Shown in pieces: positions 29,697 to 39,488 of a stretch of DNA of 64,000 nt. The stretch covers positions 320,001 through 384,000 of the forward strand of contig JAHPZA010000010.1 of NCBI GenBank assembly GCA_019058445.1. Reading direction: 5' to 3'. This DNA comes from Promethearchaeota archaeon (lineage in GTDB: Archaea > Asgardarchaeota > Lokiarchaeia > Sigyniarchaeales > SOKP01). Positions within the stretch are counted from its first letter, which is position 1. Every line of letters begins with the position of its first letter. A program made the translations under genes and the position numbers. The notes below the pieces were generated by a model that saw only the letters and a program-made list of their open reading frames with translations, did no database searches and was not told where the DNA came from.

Positions 29697-30491
29697 TTAA
29701 GGAGTCAATTGGTCCCTTACTCTCCTTATATGAAACATAATTTGTTCTTCTAAAAATTTATTTAAAATGGAAGCTAGTTTTGCTCTAATTTTGTAACTAG
29801 TAGAGATTTGTTTCCTATAGTCTTCTTTTATGATAATATTTTTACAATACCTTTCCCAGGGCGTTCCATATACTCTATTTTCAAGTTCGTCTTCTCTTTG
29901 ATAAATGAAATTACAATTTATCTTATTACTTAAAGCTACCATTGACATTAAACCAAAAAAGCCAATAAAATATTTCGAATTTTGAATAATACTAAAGGTA
30001 TCAAAAAGAGTAGTTTTATTAATCAAATTAATACAATTTTTTAAACCTTCAAACTTTTTAGATGTACCTATAAGAATTACCTTATATTTTGAGGTTTTAA
30101 TTATGTTTTCGATTACTTTAATAGGAATTTCTTTTTTCTGTTCTTCACGACCAGATTTCGGTTGAAGGACTATATAAGGAAAGTCAAAATGATAATTTGA
30201 ATTGAATTGGAAATTAGGGAAAAAATTCATTTCAATATCCTCAGGGTCTCCCGGACACCTTTTGGTAAAATGCATAAGAAATGGATATTTTTTATCACAT
30301 ATCCGATCTTTAGACCAACAAAATTTTATTTCGGATATATTTGGGATAAGTAAAAAAATTTCGCGAATTATACTATGCCATTCTGGATGACTAGTACTAT
30401 GAAGTAGTTTAATATTTTCTTTCACCGTACTAAATTTACAACAATAAATATAACTATCTCCTAATGTCCCGGTTGTATTTATTATTCTCAT
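29697..30491 (-). CDS. Divergent GT9-like glycosyltransferase
   Basis: TLGDS, YIVLQP, VILIG, NLINKTTLFDTFSIIQNSKYFIG. Confidence 0.6.
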   Translation of the reverse strand: MRIINTTGTLGDSYIYCCKFSTVKENIKLLHSTSHPEWHSIIREIFLLIPNISEIKFCWSKDRICDKKYPFLMHFTKRCPGDPEDIEMNFFPNFQFNSNYHFDFPYIVLQPKSGREEQKKEIPIKVIENIIKTSKYKVILIGTSKKFEGLKNCINLINKTTLFDTFSIIQNSKYFIGFFGLMSMVALSNKINCNFIYQREDELENRVYGTPWERYCKNIIIKEDYRKQISTSYKIRAKLASILNKFLEEQIMFHIRRVRDQLTP

Positions 30492-31530
30492 AAATATTTC
30501 GTTTTTTGACTTTATTTAATAATCTTTTTAATCTCCTATTTCTATCTAAGAAAATTTTAATTTTAACAAAATATTTTTGCCATATTATAAAATCCTTAAT
30601 AGAAGTAAGAATTCTTTGTAAATTAATTTCGTTTTTTTCAGCAATTATTTGGTTTACTACTTTTAAATAAATTTTATAATTTGGTTTTTCTTTCATATAT
30701 ATTCTATAATCGGAAATCTTCTTTAAAGGACTGCTTTCAATTAAATCTGGATGTTTTTCATTATAATGGAATAAACCATGACCATTTTTTTCTATTGCAT
30801 CTTCTTTTGTAATCCAGAATCCAAAATTACCAGTTAGTTCCTGATTTTTCTGCATCCAAATTTCTTCATTCTGTGGATCATAATTATTATATATTTTCCT
30901 ATACCACATAAATTTATAAATAAAGTCATCTAACAACCAGAGAATTCCCTTTAATTGTTCTCCTGTCAACATACTATAATGAAACATAGGATTTTCATGG
31001 AGTAAGGTAATAATCTTCTTTGGTCTTGGATTTATTTTCTGTGTGGGAGTAAAATAAGGATTATCATCTGTTATTTTCAAAATTCTACCATGAGTAAAGA
31101 GAATATAATAATTTAAATTTATACAAAAAAATCTAGCTACCACTTTAATTTCATCAAAATCCTTATTACTTTCGATGTAATCCATAATCTCTTCAATAGA
31201 TTCTTTTGAATAGAATTCATCAACATCTAAAATCCATAAAAGATTTCCCTTTTTTATATTTTCGCTTGCTTTGAGCATATGATTAAAAGTTTCAGCTCGA
31301 TTTTGTTTTCTACTGAGGGCTGGATTTCTGACTATTGAAACAACTTTAATTTTTTTATGATTTAGATATTTTCTTGCAATATCATAAGTTTTATCTTCAA
31401 TTCTTTGAAAATATTTATCGTAAGCTCCAATAGCTATAATTAATTCATCTACTAAATCTAGCGCTTGTTTAATACTTATTTCAATCCAATCCTCGCAAGC
31501 CCACGCAGTTAATAAACCTATAATTTTCAT
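30454..31530 (-). CDS. GT-A fold (GT2-like) glycosyltransferase
   Basis: EDWIEISIKQALDLVDELII, DKT, ILDVDEFY (DxD), FHYS. Confidence 0.72.
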   Translation of the reverse strand: MKIIGLLTAWACEDWIEISIKQALDLVDELIIAIGAYDKYFQRIEDKTYDIARKYLNHKKIKVVSIVRNPALSRKQNRAETFNHMLKASENIKKGNLLWILDVDEFYSKESIEEIMDYIESNKDFDEIKVVARFFCINLNYYILFTHGRILKITDDNPYFTPTQKINPRPKKIITLLHENPMFHYSMLTGEQLKGILWLLDDFIYKFMWYRKIYNNYDPQNEEIWMQKNQELTGNFGFWITKEDAIEKNGHGLFHYNEKHPDLIESSPLKKISDYRIYMKEKPNYKIYLKVVNQIIAEKNEINLQRILTSIKDFIIWQKYFVKIKIFLDRNRRLKRLLNKVKKRNIYENNKYNRDIRR

Positions 31531-31788
31531 TCATTAAAGGAGTATTTTATTACTAAACATTAATTACAATATTATAAAAGAATTAAAACGCTCTTAAATA
31601 GATTTTTCTGAACGCTTAAAGATGATAATGGTTAAGAGACAGTCTTGTCAACGACATCTTCAGTTATGAGTAAATTCGGTTGTTTTCAATATTATTGTTC
31701 AATAATGGGATGGTTATGAATAGATATAGGATAATTTAGACCTGTTGCAATTTTTACAAAAAAAACATAAACTAAAATTTGAATAGAT

Positions 31789-31926
31789 TTATGCTAATTC
31801 TATAAAAACATCCTCTAACGTAGGTTCAATTTCGTGTATTTTATTAAATGGGTATTTTCCTAAGCATGTAAGTAATTTAGGGTAATATATGAAATCAGAA
31901 TCCTTCGAAAACGTGGGATTATTCAA
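31789..31926 (-). pseudogene. Orphan C-terminal tail of a third ABC ATPase
   Basis: Translates ...SDFIYYPKLLTCLGKYPFNKIHEIEPTLEDVFIELA*, matching SDYKYYPTFLTCLGKYPVQRVQEIELTLDDVFVELS* of 31992..32912. Confidence 0.85.
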
Positions 31927-31991
31927 AAAAACATCAAGTTTTTTTTTAAACTTAGATATTAAATTTATAACTTTTAAGGATTTAATCTGAT

Positions 31992-32912
31992 TTATGATAA
32001 CTCAACAAATACATCATCAAGCGTGAGTTCAATTTCTTGTACTCTTTGGACAGGATATTTTCCTAAACAAGTTAAAAATGTAGGATAATATTTATAATCT
32101 GAAATTGAGACCACAAATCCATTCTTACTTTTTGAAATATTCTTAATATAATTTAAACTTCGTAATTCATTTTCCAATTCAAGTTTTTTAGCTCTATCGA
32201 AGATATTGAAACGGATCTTTATAAATTCAGACAATAATTTTATATAGTTATCATGTGTGTCAACTTTTATTACATTTCCTTTATTCAGAAAGGCAATTCG
32301 TTCACATAACTGTTGTACTACATGCATTTGATGAGAAGTCAATAAAATAGTTTTATTTAGATCTAGAAGAATTTTAATAAGTTCTCTTGTTGTTTTTGGA
32401 TCTAATCCTAATAGAGGTTCATCTAAAAATAGAAGATCTGCATCAATTAATAATACCCTCGAAAGAGCAATCCTTAACTTTTGACCTCTTGAGAAATTTG
32501 AAACATAATCGCCTAGCTTATTATAAATTCCTAAATTTGTAGTTATATCTTTGATTTTTTGTTTGGCATTTTTTATTCGGTAAATTCTTGCGAAAAATTT
32601 TAAATTATCTAATCCAGTCATACGATAGTATATCATTTCATCTCCTAACATCAAACCAATTTTACGTTTAATCCTTTTAGCATTTTTTTGAAGATCTAAT
32701 CCAAAGATTTTAGCGCTCCCACTTGTAGGTTGTAAAAGGGTTGACAATATCGATACCAATGTAGTTTTACCAGCGCCATTAGGACCAAGCAACCCAAAAA
32801 TTTCTCCCTCATTAATAGAAATATTTATTTTATTTAAAGCTAAAATTCTTTCTCCATTTTTCAACCTATATTCTTTAGTTAAATCAAAAGTTTCAATTAT
32901 TTTTTCACTCAT
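31992..32912 (-). CDS. ABC-2 exporter ATP-binding protein, paralog of 24788..25711
   Basis: GPNGAGKT, FSRGQK, LFLDEPLLGLDP, TSHQMHV. Confidence 0.93.
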   Translation of the reverse strand: MSEKIIETFDLTKEYRLKNGERILALNKINISINEGEIFGLLGPNGAGKTTLVSILSTLLQPTSGSAKIFGLDLQKNAKRIKRKIGLMLGDEMIYYRMTGLDNLKFFARIYRIKNAKQKIKDITTNLGIYNKLGDYVSNFSRGQKLRIALSRVLLIDADLLFLDEPLLGLDPKTTRELIKILLDLNKTILLTSHQMHVVQQLCERIAFLNKGNVIKVDTHDNYIKLLSEFIKIRFNIFDRAKKLELENELRSLNYIKNISKSKNGFVVSISDYKYYPTFLTCLGKYPVQRVQEIELTLDDVFVELS

Positions 32913-32915
32913 CCT

Positions 32916-33749
32916 TTAATAACCTGAAGAACCGTATTTACTATAAATTCTATAAAATAAATAGGAAGCTACAATTGGGGCAATAATTGTAAAAATGATT
33001 ACTATTATAATGTGATATATTGTAATGTAACTCAATGCTTCCTCATAATTTACACCAGCCCACCATGAAAGTCTTAGGAGATCAAAATAATAATATAATG
33101 GATTTATTCTAATGATAAAATGAATTTCTTTAGGAAATATCTCTATTGGATAAAAAACACAACTCACAAGTGAAATAAAGCTTATCCCTACTGCTAAAGA
33201 AGCAGATATATCCTCATTTACAATTTCAAATAAACCGAGGATAAATCCCATACTGGCAAATGTTAATGAAATACAAAATAAAATGATTAAAACTAGAAAT
33301 AAATTTATGAGAGGTATTGGATACAAGATAAAACATAATGCAATAATAAAAAGTAATGGAAAACTTTTTGAGATTAACCCAGATAATAAATATCCAACAA
33401 GAATATTGAATTTAGGAACTGGAGCAACAAATATAGCATTCAGTGTTTTCCATGTTTTTTCATCATAAAAAAGATCCTTATATGTCCAGAATAAAAAAAC
33501 TAAACATGAAATACAATAACCAAGTAATAAAAATAAGATATAATTTTTTGCTGAATAATAATTACTAAAAATATTTTCATTTATACTAAATAATGTTCTA
33601 AAAATTATATAAGGAAAAAATATAGATAATAATGGAGCAACAAATTCAACAACAAATTCTAATTTATATCTTGTATGTAATTTAATGTCCTTTACTGCTA
33701 AAGAATAAATTTGAATGAGATTTACTTTTAAATTTTCTCTTTTAAGCAT
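32916..33749 (-). CDS. ABC-2 type permease
   Basis: EKTWKTL, IVNEDIS (shared with 25713), NPLYY, C-terminal YGSSGY. Confidence 0.85.
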   Translation of the reverse strand: MLKRENLKVNLIQIYSLAVKDIKLHTRYKLEFVVEFVAPLLSIFFPYIIFRTLFSINENIFSNYYSAKNYILFLLLGYCISCLVFLFWTYKDLFYDEKTWKTLNAIFVAPVPKFNILVGYLLSGLISKSFPLLFIIALCFILYPIPLINLFLVLIILFCISLTFASMGFILGLFEIVNEDISASLAVGISFISLVSCVFYPIEIFPKEIHFIIRINPLYYYFDLLRLSWWAGVNYEEALSYITIYHIIIVIIFTIIAPIVASYLFYRIYSKYGSSGY

Positions 33750-33896
33750 ACTAATTGTTGTTAATCTTTTAGCGAAAATTAATTTTTCTATAGAATAGAA
33801 TCTTATATTATTGAATTAATTTTCTAATTTCTCAAAATTTTTTTTAGAGCTTAATTTTAAGCGCATTTTTTTAATTTAATGAGACTAGTTTATTGA

Positions 33897-35063
33897 TTAT
33901 TTAGGAGTTATAATTTCAATAAAATGTTCACAGAATTTAGTCCTTCCTTCTCTTGTCCATAGCTTTTTATAAGATTCTTGTCCATTTTTGGCTACTTCTA
34001 AAAGTAATTTGGAGTCAGCTAATATTTCTGGAAAAATATCTACCCAATCTTCTAATTTCCACGGAATAGATATATAAGTTTCATTTTTTTTATAGAGATT
34101 AGGCCAAGTTTCTAAATGATCCATATCTGGTTTTATTAAAGCTGCACCAGCTATATATGACTCAAAATCACGATAACAAATTTCCCCCCATCCATATGGA
34201 CTAACCACAGTCTTTGATGTTCTCATAGTTCTTAAATAATTCTTTTTAGGTATTTTACCTAAAGAAAAATTTTTATTTGAATTATATCTCTCTTTAAGAG
34301 TTTTTAATAACTGATTACGCTGAAAATATATTAAGCCATATGATGATTTAATTGTATAATTTGCTGCTAAAATGGTTTTACGATTGATGTTTGGTTTATA
34401 ATATTTTAAATTAACATTCCTAGAAAATCCATACAATATTCTTGTTAATAAATTTGAATATCGGTAATCTTTAAAAGCAAAATTCCATGATAAATCAATT
34501 TTATTCTTAAAAATAGAAATAGATTCAAAACCTTTTTTGGATTCTAAATTTGCATCAAGACTATAATTTCTTGCATAATAATCTGTAAATAATCTTTTTC
34601 CATAGAGAGGTTTTTTATATATCTCACGATCCTTTAGTAATTGCTTCTTGAAGTATTTATCAACATACGGGATTATATCATAGTGGAAATGTCCTGTACT
34701 GTCTGAATTATCAAAATATAATAAGTAATCAACTTTTTTCCTTAAGTGATCAAGTAATGGAATAATCTCTTTTTTTTGTGTTTCATTTAAATATCCATAC
34801 TTGAAAATTAAATTATTGATTATTCTCGAATCAATCCCCACAGTTTTTGATAATTTTTTATTATGCAGGTTTGTAAAATTAAGAAATCGAATTTTAAGTC
34901 CCATATTTTTAAAGGTTTTCAAATTAAGCCATACTGGAAACCAATTTCCAGACCAAAAAGGAAAAGGAATATGTTGAAATTTTTGAAATTTTTGAAATTT
35001 CTGAAGTTTCGGATATTTTTGGTAACTAATAAGAGAGGGAATTATTAAATCAATTTTAAACAT
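33897..35063 (-). CDS. GT-B-like glycosyltransferase (CgeB/exostosin-like C-terminus)
   Basis: SPYGWGEICYRDFESYIAGAALIKPDM, VAKNGQ. Confidence 0.6.
   Translation of the reverse strand: MFKIDLIIPSLISYQKYPKLQKFQKFQKFQHIPFPFWSGNWFPVWLNLKTFKNMGLKIRFLNFTNLHNKKLSKTVGIDSRIINNLIFKYGYLNETQKKEIIPLLDHLRKKVDYLLYFDNSDSTGHFHYDIIPYVDKYFKKQLLKDREIYKKPLYGKRLFTDYYARNYSLDANLESKKGFESISIFKNKIDLSWNFAFKDYRYSNLLTRILYGFSRNVNLKYYKPNINRKTILAANYTIKSSYGLIYFQRNQLLKTLKERYNSNKNFSLGKIPKKNYLRTMRTSKTVVSPYGWGEICYRDFESYIAGAALIKPDMDHLETWPNLYKKNETYISIPWKLEDWVDIFPEILADSKLLLEVAKNGQESYKKLWTREGRTKFCEHFIEIITPK
34974..35009. repeat. 9-bp tandem repeat (TTGAAATTT)x3 + CTGAAGTTT, in frame (KLQKFQKFQKFQ)
   Basis: Read directly; near 5' end of 33897..35063. 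Confidence 0.85.
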
Positions 35064-35246
35064 ATAAAATAACTAATTTCAGAAATAAATTTTTTTAATT
35101 TTTATTTTGTCACTTAAAATCAAACAAGCATGTTATTAAAATATTCTTTTTCAAGTTTCTTTATAAGAGTTTTAAACTATCATAATTTTTGTTTATAATT
35201 TCCATTAAAAAACCTTTAAAGTTTAATATCATTAGTATTTTTTAGA

Positions 35247-36086
35247 ATGAATTGGACTAAGATTTTACGGTTTGTTAAGGATTATTTATTTCAACTACAG
35301 GCATTAATTATCAAAGATCTAAAGCTAAAATCAAGATATAAGGTAAAATTTTTATTCTCTATAGTAGTTCCTTTCACAACATTCATAGTACCATTACTAG
35401 TTTTTAGGACTTTATTTAAAGCAATAGGAAATGAGTCATTTGGTATATGGAATCCGGAAAATTATATAATTTTCATTTTAAGTGGGATGTTTATTGTTAT
35501 ACTGGTACACTTACTACCTACATATGGAAAAAATTTTTTGAGAGAGAAATATTGGAAGACATTACCTATAATATTTATGTCGCCAATTAATGTGTATAAT
35601 TTATTATTAAGTAAATTATTAGCAGAACTAATTATATTTATTATTCCCTTAACTTTTATTTTTATTTTATGCTTTTTAATCACAAACTCATCAATTTTGA
35701 CTATATGTGCAGTAATATTTATTTATTTTTTAGCAGCACTCTTCATCGCTTCGATAGGATTGGCTATTGGTTCTTTTAGAATGTCGATTGAGGGAGGTTT
35801 TACGCTTTTGTTTAATTTAGTTAATCTTTTTTTGATTTTTAGTTGTTATAAATACCCAAGAGAATTTTTTCCAGAAATTTTTGAATATTTAATCGTGTGG
35901 AATCCATTCTATTATTATTGGGATTTAATAAGAGTTATTTTAGTATTTGGATTTGAGAATGTAATTTTCAATTCAAATTATATAATTCATTTTGTTATTA
36001 TTAGTTCATTATCTCTAATTGGGCCTATTTTAAGTGTATATTTTTTTAATTATGTTTATAAAAAATATGGGATTGTAGGATATTAA
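35247..36086 (+). CDS. ABC-2 type permease, paralog of 26682..27509
   Basis: EKYWKTLP, FSCYKYPREFFP, NPFYYYWD, C-terminal YGIVGY. Confidence 0.85.
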   Translation: MNWTKILRFVKDYLFQLQALIIKDLKLKSRYKVKFLFSIVVPFTTFIVPLLVFRTLFKAIGNESFGIWNPENYIIFILSGMFIVILVHLLPTYGKNFLREKYWKTLPIIFMSPINVYNLLLSKLLAELIIFIIPLTFIFILCFLITNSSILTICAVIFIYFLAALFIASIGLAIGSFRMSIEGGFTLLFNLVNLFLIFSCYKYPREFFPEIFEYLIVWNPFYYYWDLIRVILVFGFENVIFNSNYIIHFVIISSLSLIGPILSVYFFNYVYKKYGIVGY

Positions 36087-36139
36087 TAGATTTTATTCAT
36101 TTTTGCTTTAAAGATAGTTAAAGAAGAAAGTATTAAAAA

Positions 36140-38161
36140 ATGTTAACAGCGGGATTCTTTTTATTATCATCTGGAATTTTTTTTATTTTTACAATCTTAA
36201 TTACATTATTCGGTTATTTCATCCAATATCATTTATTTGGAGAATTCAAATCAAAGAAATTCTCATTAACTATTATGCTAGAATCTTTTGGAATTGGAAC
36301 GGGACTATTCATTTTTTATTCATATCTCATAATTGATTTTATCAAAATTTTTAATTTTTATACCGTTTATTTACCTTTAATTGTATTTGATGGTATTAAC
36401 ATGACATATCTCATTTATAAACATAGAAATCTTTTAAGAGAAAGTACAAACAAGTTTTTTACTGCAACAATTCAATTATTTTCTAATAAAAAGGCGAAAA
36501 GACAAATTAGTATACTATTTATTTCATTTCTGCTTTTTTTTTTTGTTCAGGGAGTAATTGAAACACATTTAAGTCTTCCAGCAATGGACCCATATACTTG
36601 GTTTGATATTGTTTTATATTTACATAGATATGGTGATTTGAATTATGATAATTATACAGTTCATGGAGTAGGTTTCGCGATTTTTGCTGCTGGGGCATTA
36701 TTAGTAACAAATGAATTCTATATTCAGTACTTTTTTATAAAATATATTTCCACTTTCTTTTTTTCAATAATAATTTTAACAGTTTACGATTTGGCATCCA
36801 AAATTTTTAATAAAGATTTTGAAATTTTATGTACTTTAATAATTTTATTATGCTTTAACTCTCTTTTATTTAGATTTTCTTTAGCAGTTCCATCCATTAT
36901 CGCCACAACATTAGGGATCATTTTTTTTAACACGCTAACTCAAAATGATAACTTGAGAATTTATATAATCAGAGGAATTCTCTTCGGTGGAATGTTTTTG
37001 ATTCATCCCTTATATTTTCTTTTTACGTTTGGATTTTATATTCTATTTGAGGCTCATCTTTTCATATTAGACATAAAAAGATCTCTTAAAACAAAAGAAT
37101 TTGAATTTAAAAAAAAGAATATTAATTTCTTAAAGAAAGTGGGAATTTTATTAGTAATTACAGGGATTTTTTCAATACCTTATTTCCTTAATCTGTATAT
37201 AAGCGGCAAAAGCCTATACAAAAACTTTACACGTTATTTATTCAGAGGTTATGAAGCAGATATTCATGACACAATATATATACCTGAACTCTTAATCTCT
37301 AGATTATTGATCCTAAGTAAAAATCCTTCAAGAACAGATGTGATATATAATCTAGTTTTTTTTGGATTTGATATTCCTGTTAATAAAACTCTAAATTGGG
37401 GGGTAATATTCCTTATATTAGGATTATTGTATAATTTTAAAGCTAAGAATCAACATATTGATTACTTAATTGAATTTGCGAAATTTACTTTTATAATCAC
37501 GTTTTTACTTTTTATCTTAAATTCTTTTCTTTTTGTAATCAATAATAATACTATATTATCTTTAGCAAGTTTTATAAATCAGTATGGTAAAAGGATTTTT
37601 GAATCATTCTCACCTATATGGGCGCTTCTGTTTGTATTTGGAATTAAAAGAGTTTTTGATTTTATTAAAAACCTCAAAACTAGAAAAATTCAAGGCAATC
37701 AGTTGATAAAGGAAGCCAAAATCGCTAAAACTGAGAAAAAACTTGAGAAAGCATACCTGATCTTTCTTATCGTATTAAGTACCTCGGTTTATGCCAGCCA
37801 TTTATATCTTCAATATAATGTAATATATTCAACTCATTATGAAGATGATTATTTATCAGAAGCCCTCCTTTTTATTGGCGATTACTTTAATGAACAGGAT
37901 ATTGAAGATAAGACAATTTTACTTCCGGATAATTTTGACTCGAAAGTAATTTATCGATTAATATACCATAGGGATTGCGATCGTGAATATTTAGAATTTG
38001 ACAATACAAATCATACTGAATTAATGGATTCGATAGAAGAAAATAATGCAGATTTTGTATTAATATATAAATTGGAAACTAAAGATTCTTGTTTAGAGAA
38101 AATTGATGATGATGAGGATATCTTATATGAGAATCCCCACTTTCTTTTTTACAAGGTTTAA
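36140..38161 (+). CDS. Large polytopic membrane protein, possibly GT-C fold
   Basis: More than 12 hydrophobic segments, loop PAMDPYTW, IHP motif, acidic soluble C-terminal domain. Confidence 0.55.
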   Translation: MLTAGFFLLSSGIFFIFTILITLFGYFIQYHLFGEFKSKKFSLTIMLESFGIGTGLFIFYSYLIIDFIKIFNFYTVYLPLIVFDGINMTYLIYKHRNLLRESTNKFFTATIQLFSNKKAKRQISILFISFLLFFFVQGVIETHLSLPAMDPYTWFDIVLYLHRYGDLNYDNYTVHGVGFAIFAAGALLVTNEFYIQYFFIKYISTFFFSIIILTVYDLASKIFNKDFEILCTLIILLCFNSLLFRFSLAVPSIIATTLGIIFFNTLTQNDNLRIYIIRGILFGGMFLIHPLYFLFTFGFYILFEAHLFILDIKRSLKTKEFEFKKKNINFLKKVGILLVITGIFSIPYFLNLYISGKSLYKNFTRYLFRGYEADIHDTIYIPELLISRLLILSKNPSRTDVIYNLVFFGFDIPVNKTLNWGVIFLILGLLYNFKAKNQHIDYLIEFAKFTFIITFLLFILNSFLFVINNNTILSLASFINQYGKRIFESFSPIWALLFVFGIKRVFDFIKNLKTRKIQGNQLIKEAKIAKTEKKLEKAYLIFLIVLSTSVYASHLYLQYNVIYSTHYEDDYLSEALLFIGDYFNEQDIEDKTILLPDNFDSKVIYRLIYHRDCDREYLEFDNTNHTELMDSIEENNADFVLIYKLETKDSCLEKIDDDEDILYENPHFLFYKV

Positions 38162-38195
38162 GTCTTTTTAATTATCATGTGAATGGAGATTTATC

Positions 38196-39488
38196 TTGAG
38201 AATTTTGTTTATTGACCAAAATTTTGATGCTAATAACATCGGTGGAGCCTTTAAGAGTAATTTTGCTATAATAAATGAATTTGTAAAGAATCCAGAATTT
38301 AGAGTTTCTGTATTAGCCTCGAGAACGGATTCCCAAATTAGAACTAAGGATTTTTCAGTTAAACCTATCTATCCAATCTTGAAAGCGCCTTTAAAAAAAC
38401 TTAATGATTTGATTAAAAACATTGGAATAAATCAATATATTAGTATAATTTCAATACTTAGAGAAATAAGTCAGTATAAACCCGATTTCATTATTGTACA
38501 AAGAGAGCTTACATTCACAGCAATTCTTGCGGGCTTACTTAAAAAAGTTCCTGTAATTAATATTATTAGAGATGGTATGGGATTTTGTCCAAAAGATATT
38601 GATACAAGAGGATTTAAAAATTGCTCGATAAATTTATCCAAAAAAGAATGTTGGGAGTGCATAAATAAGTGGCGATCGGTAAGAATTCTTTTAAAGGATA
38701 AACCTAAAGGCTCAAATAAAACTATTTTGTCAAGTTTCTATACAGTTTATTACAAATTTCACTATTATTTTACTAAGTTATATTTATATGTAATGAATTA
38801 TGCTTTTGTGAATATTGTAGCTTCGCCGTTAATGAAAAAATTAGTTGAAAAAAGATTAAAACATAAACGAGTTATAATTAGAAAAATAACGCCTATTGAC
38901 AAATCAGATATCAATAAAAGCACCGATAAGATTGATAAAGATGTTATAAATAAAATCGAGAATTCAAAGAATAAAATCCTTTTTGTGCTTCCTAGAAATG
39001 AAGGTGGGAGTAAAGGTTATCCGTTTGTGGAGAAATTAATTAATTTACTGCCGAAAGACTTTCTGTTAATCATAGCCGGAACCATCATTAATGACATAAT
39101 GATTTATGATAATGTTGTTAATATTGGAAAGATACCCACTAACAATCTTTATTATTTATACGAAAAAGCAGATTTAACAATAGTTCCATCAATATATACA
39201 GAAGCATTTGGGCGGATTGTTATTGAAAGTGTCGTAAATAAAACTCCTGTCATTGTGAGCCCCCAAACTGGTGCCAATTTTTTATTCAAAAACAAAAATT
39301 ATGTCAAAATATTGCCTTTAAGAGAAAACCTATGGATTGAAGAAATTAAAAAAGCTTTAAAAACCCCCATCAAGATATCTGATGAAGATGTGACATATTT
39401 TGAAAATATGTTTACACCTAAAGAATGTGCTAATGATCTTATGAATGTGATAAAATCTAAAATATCGTTAAAAGATTATAATGCTTGA
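38196..39488 (+). CDS. GT4 glycosyltransferase
   Basis: IGGAFKS, CP...C...C..C insert, SKG, PSIYTEAFGRIVIES. Confidence 0.88.
   Translation: MRILFIDQNFDANNIGGAFKSNFAIINEFVKNPEFRVSVLASRTDSQIRTKDFSVKPIYPILKAPLKKLNDLIKNIGINQYISIISILREISQYKPDFIIVQRELTFTAILAGLLKKVPVINIIRDGMGFCPKDIDTRGFKNCSINLSKKECWECINKWRSVRILLKDKPKGSNKTILSSFYTVYYKFHYYFTKLYLYVMNYAFVNIVASPLMKKLVEKRLKHKRVIIRKITPIDKSDINKSTDKIDKDVINKIENSKNKILFVLPRNEGGSKGYPFVEKLINLLPKDFLLIIAGTIINDIMIYDNVVNIGKIPTNNLYYLYEKADLTIVPSIYTEAFGRIVIESVVNKTPVIVSPQTGANFLFKNKNYVKILPLRENLWIEEIKKALKTPIKISDEDVTYFENMFTPKECANDLMNVIKSKISLKDYNA

Noticed and set aside
31690-31770. Minus-strand peptide SIHNHPIIEQ resembling the STHHPIVKE GT motif
   Set aside because: Similarity too short and weak to call a relic
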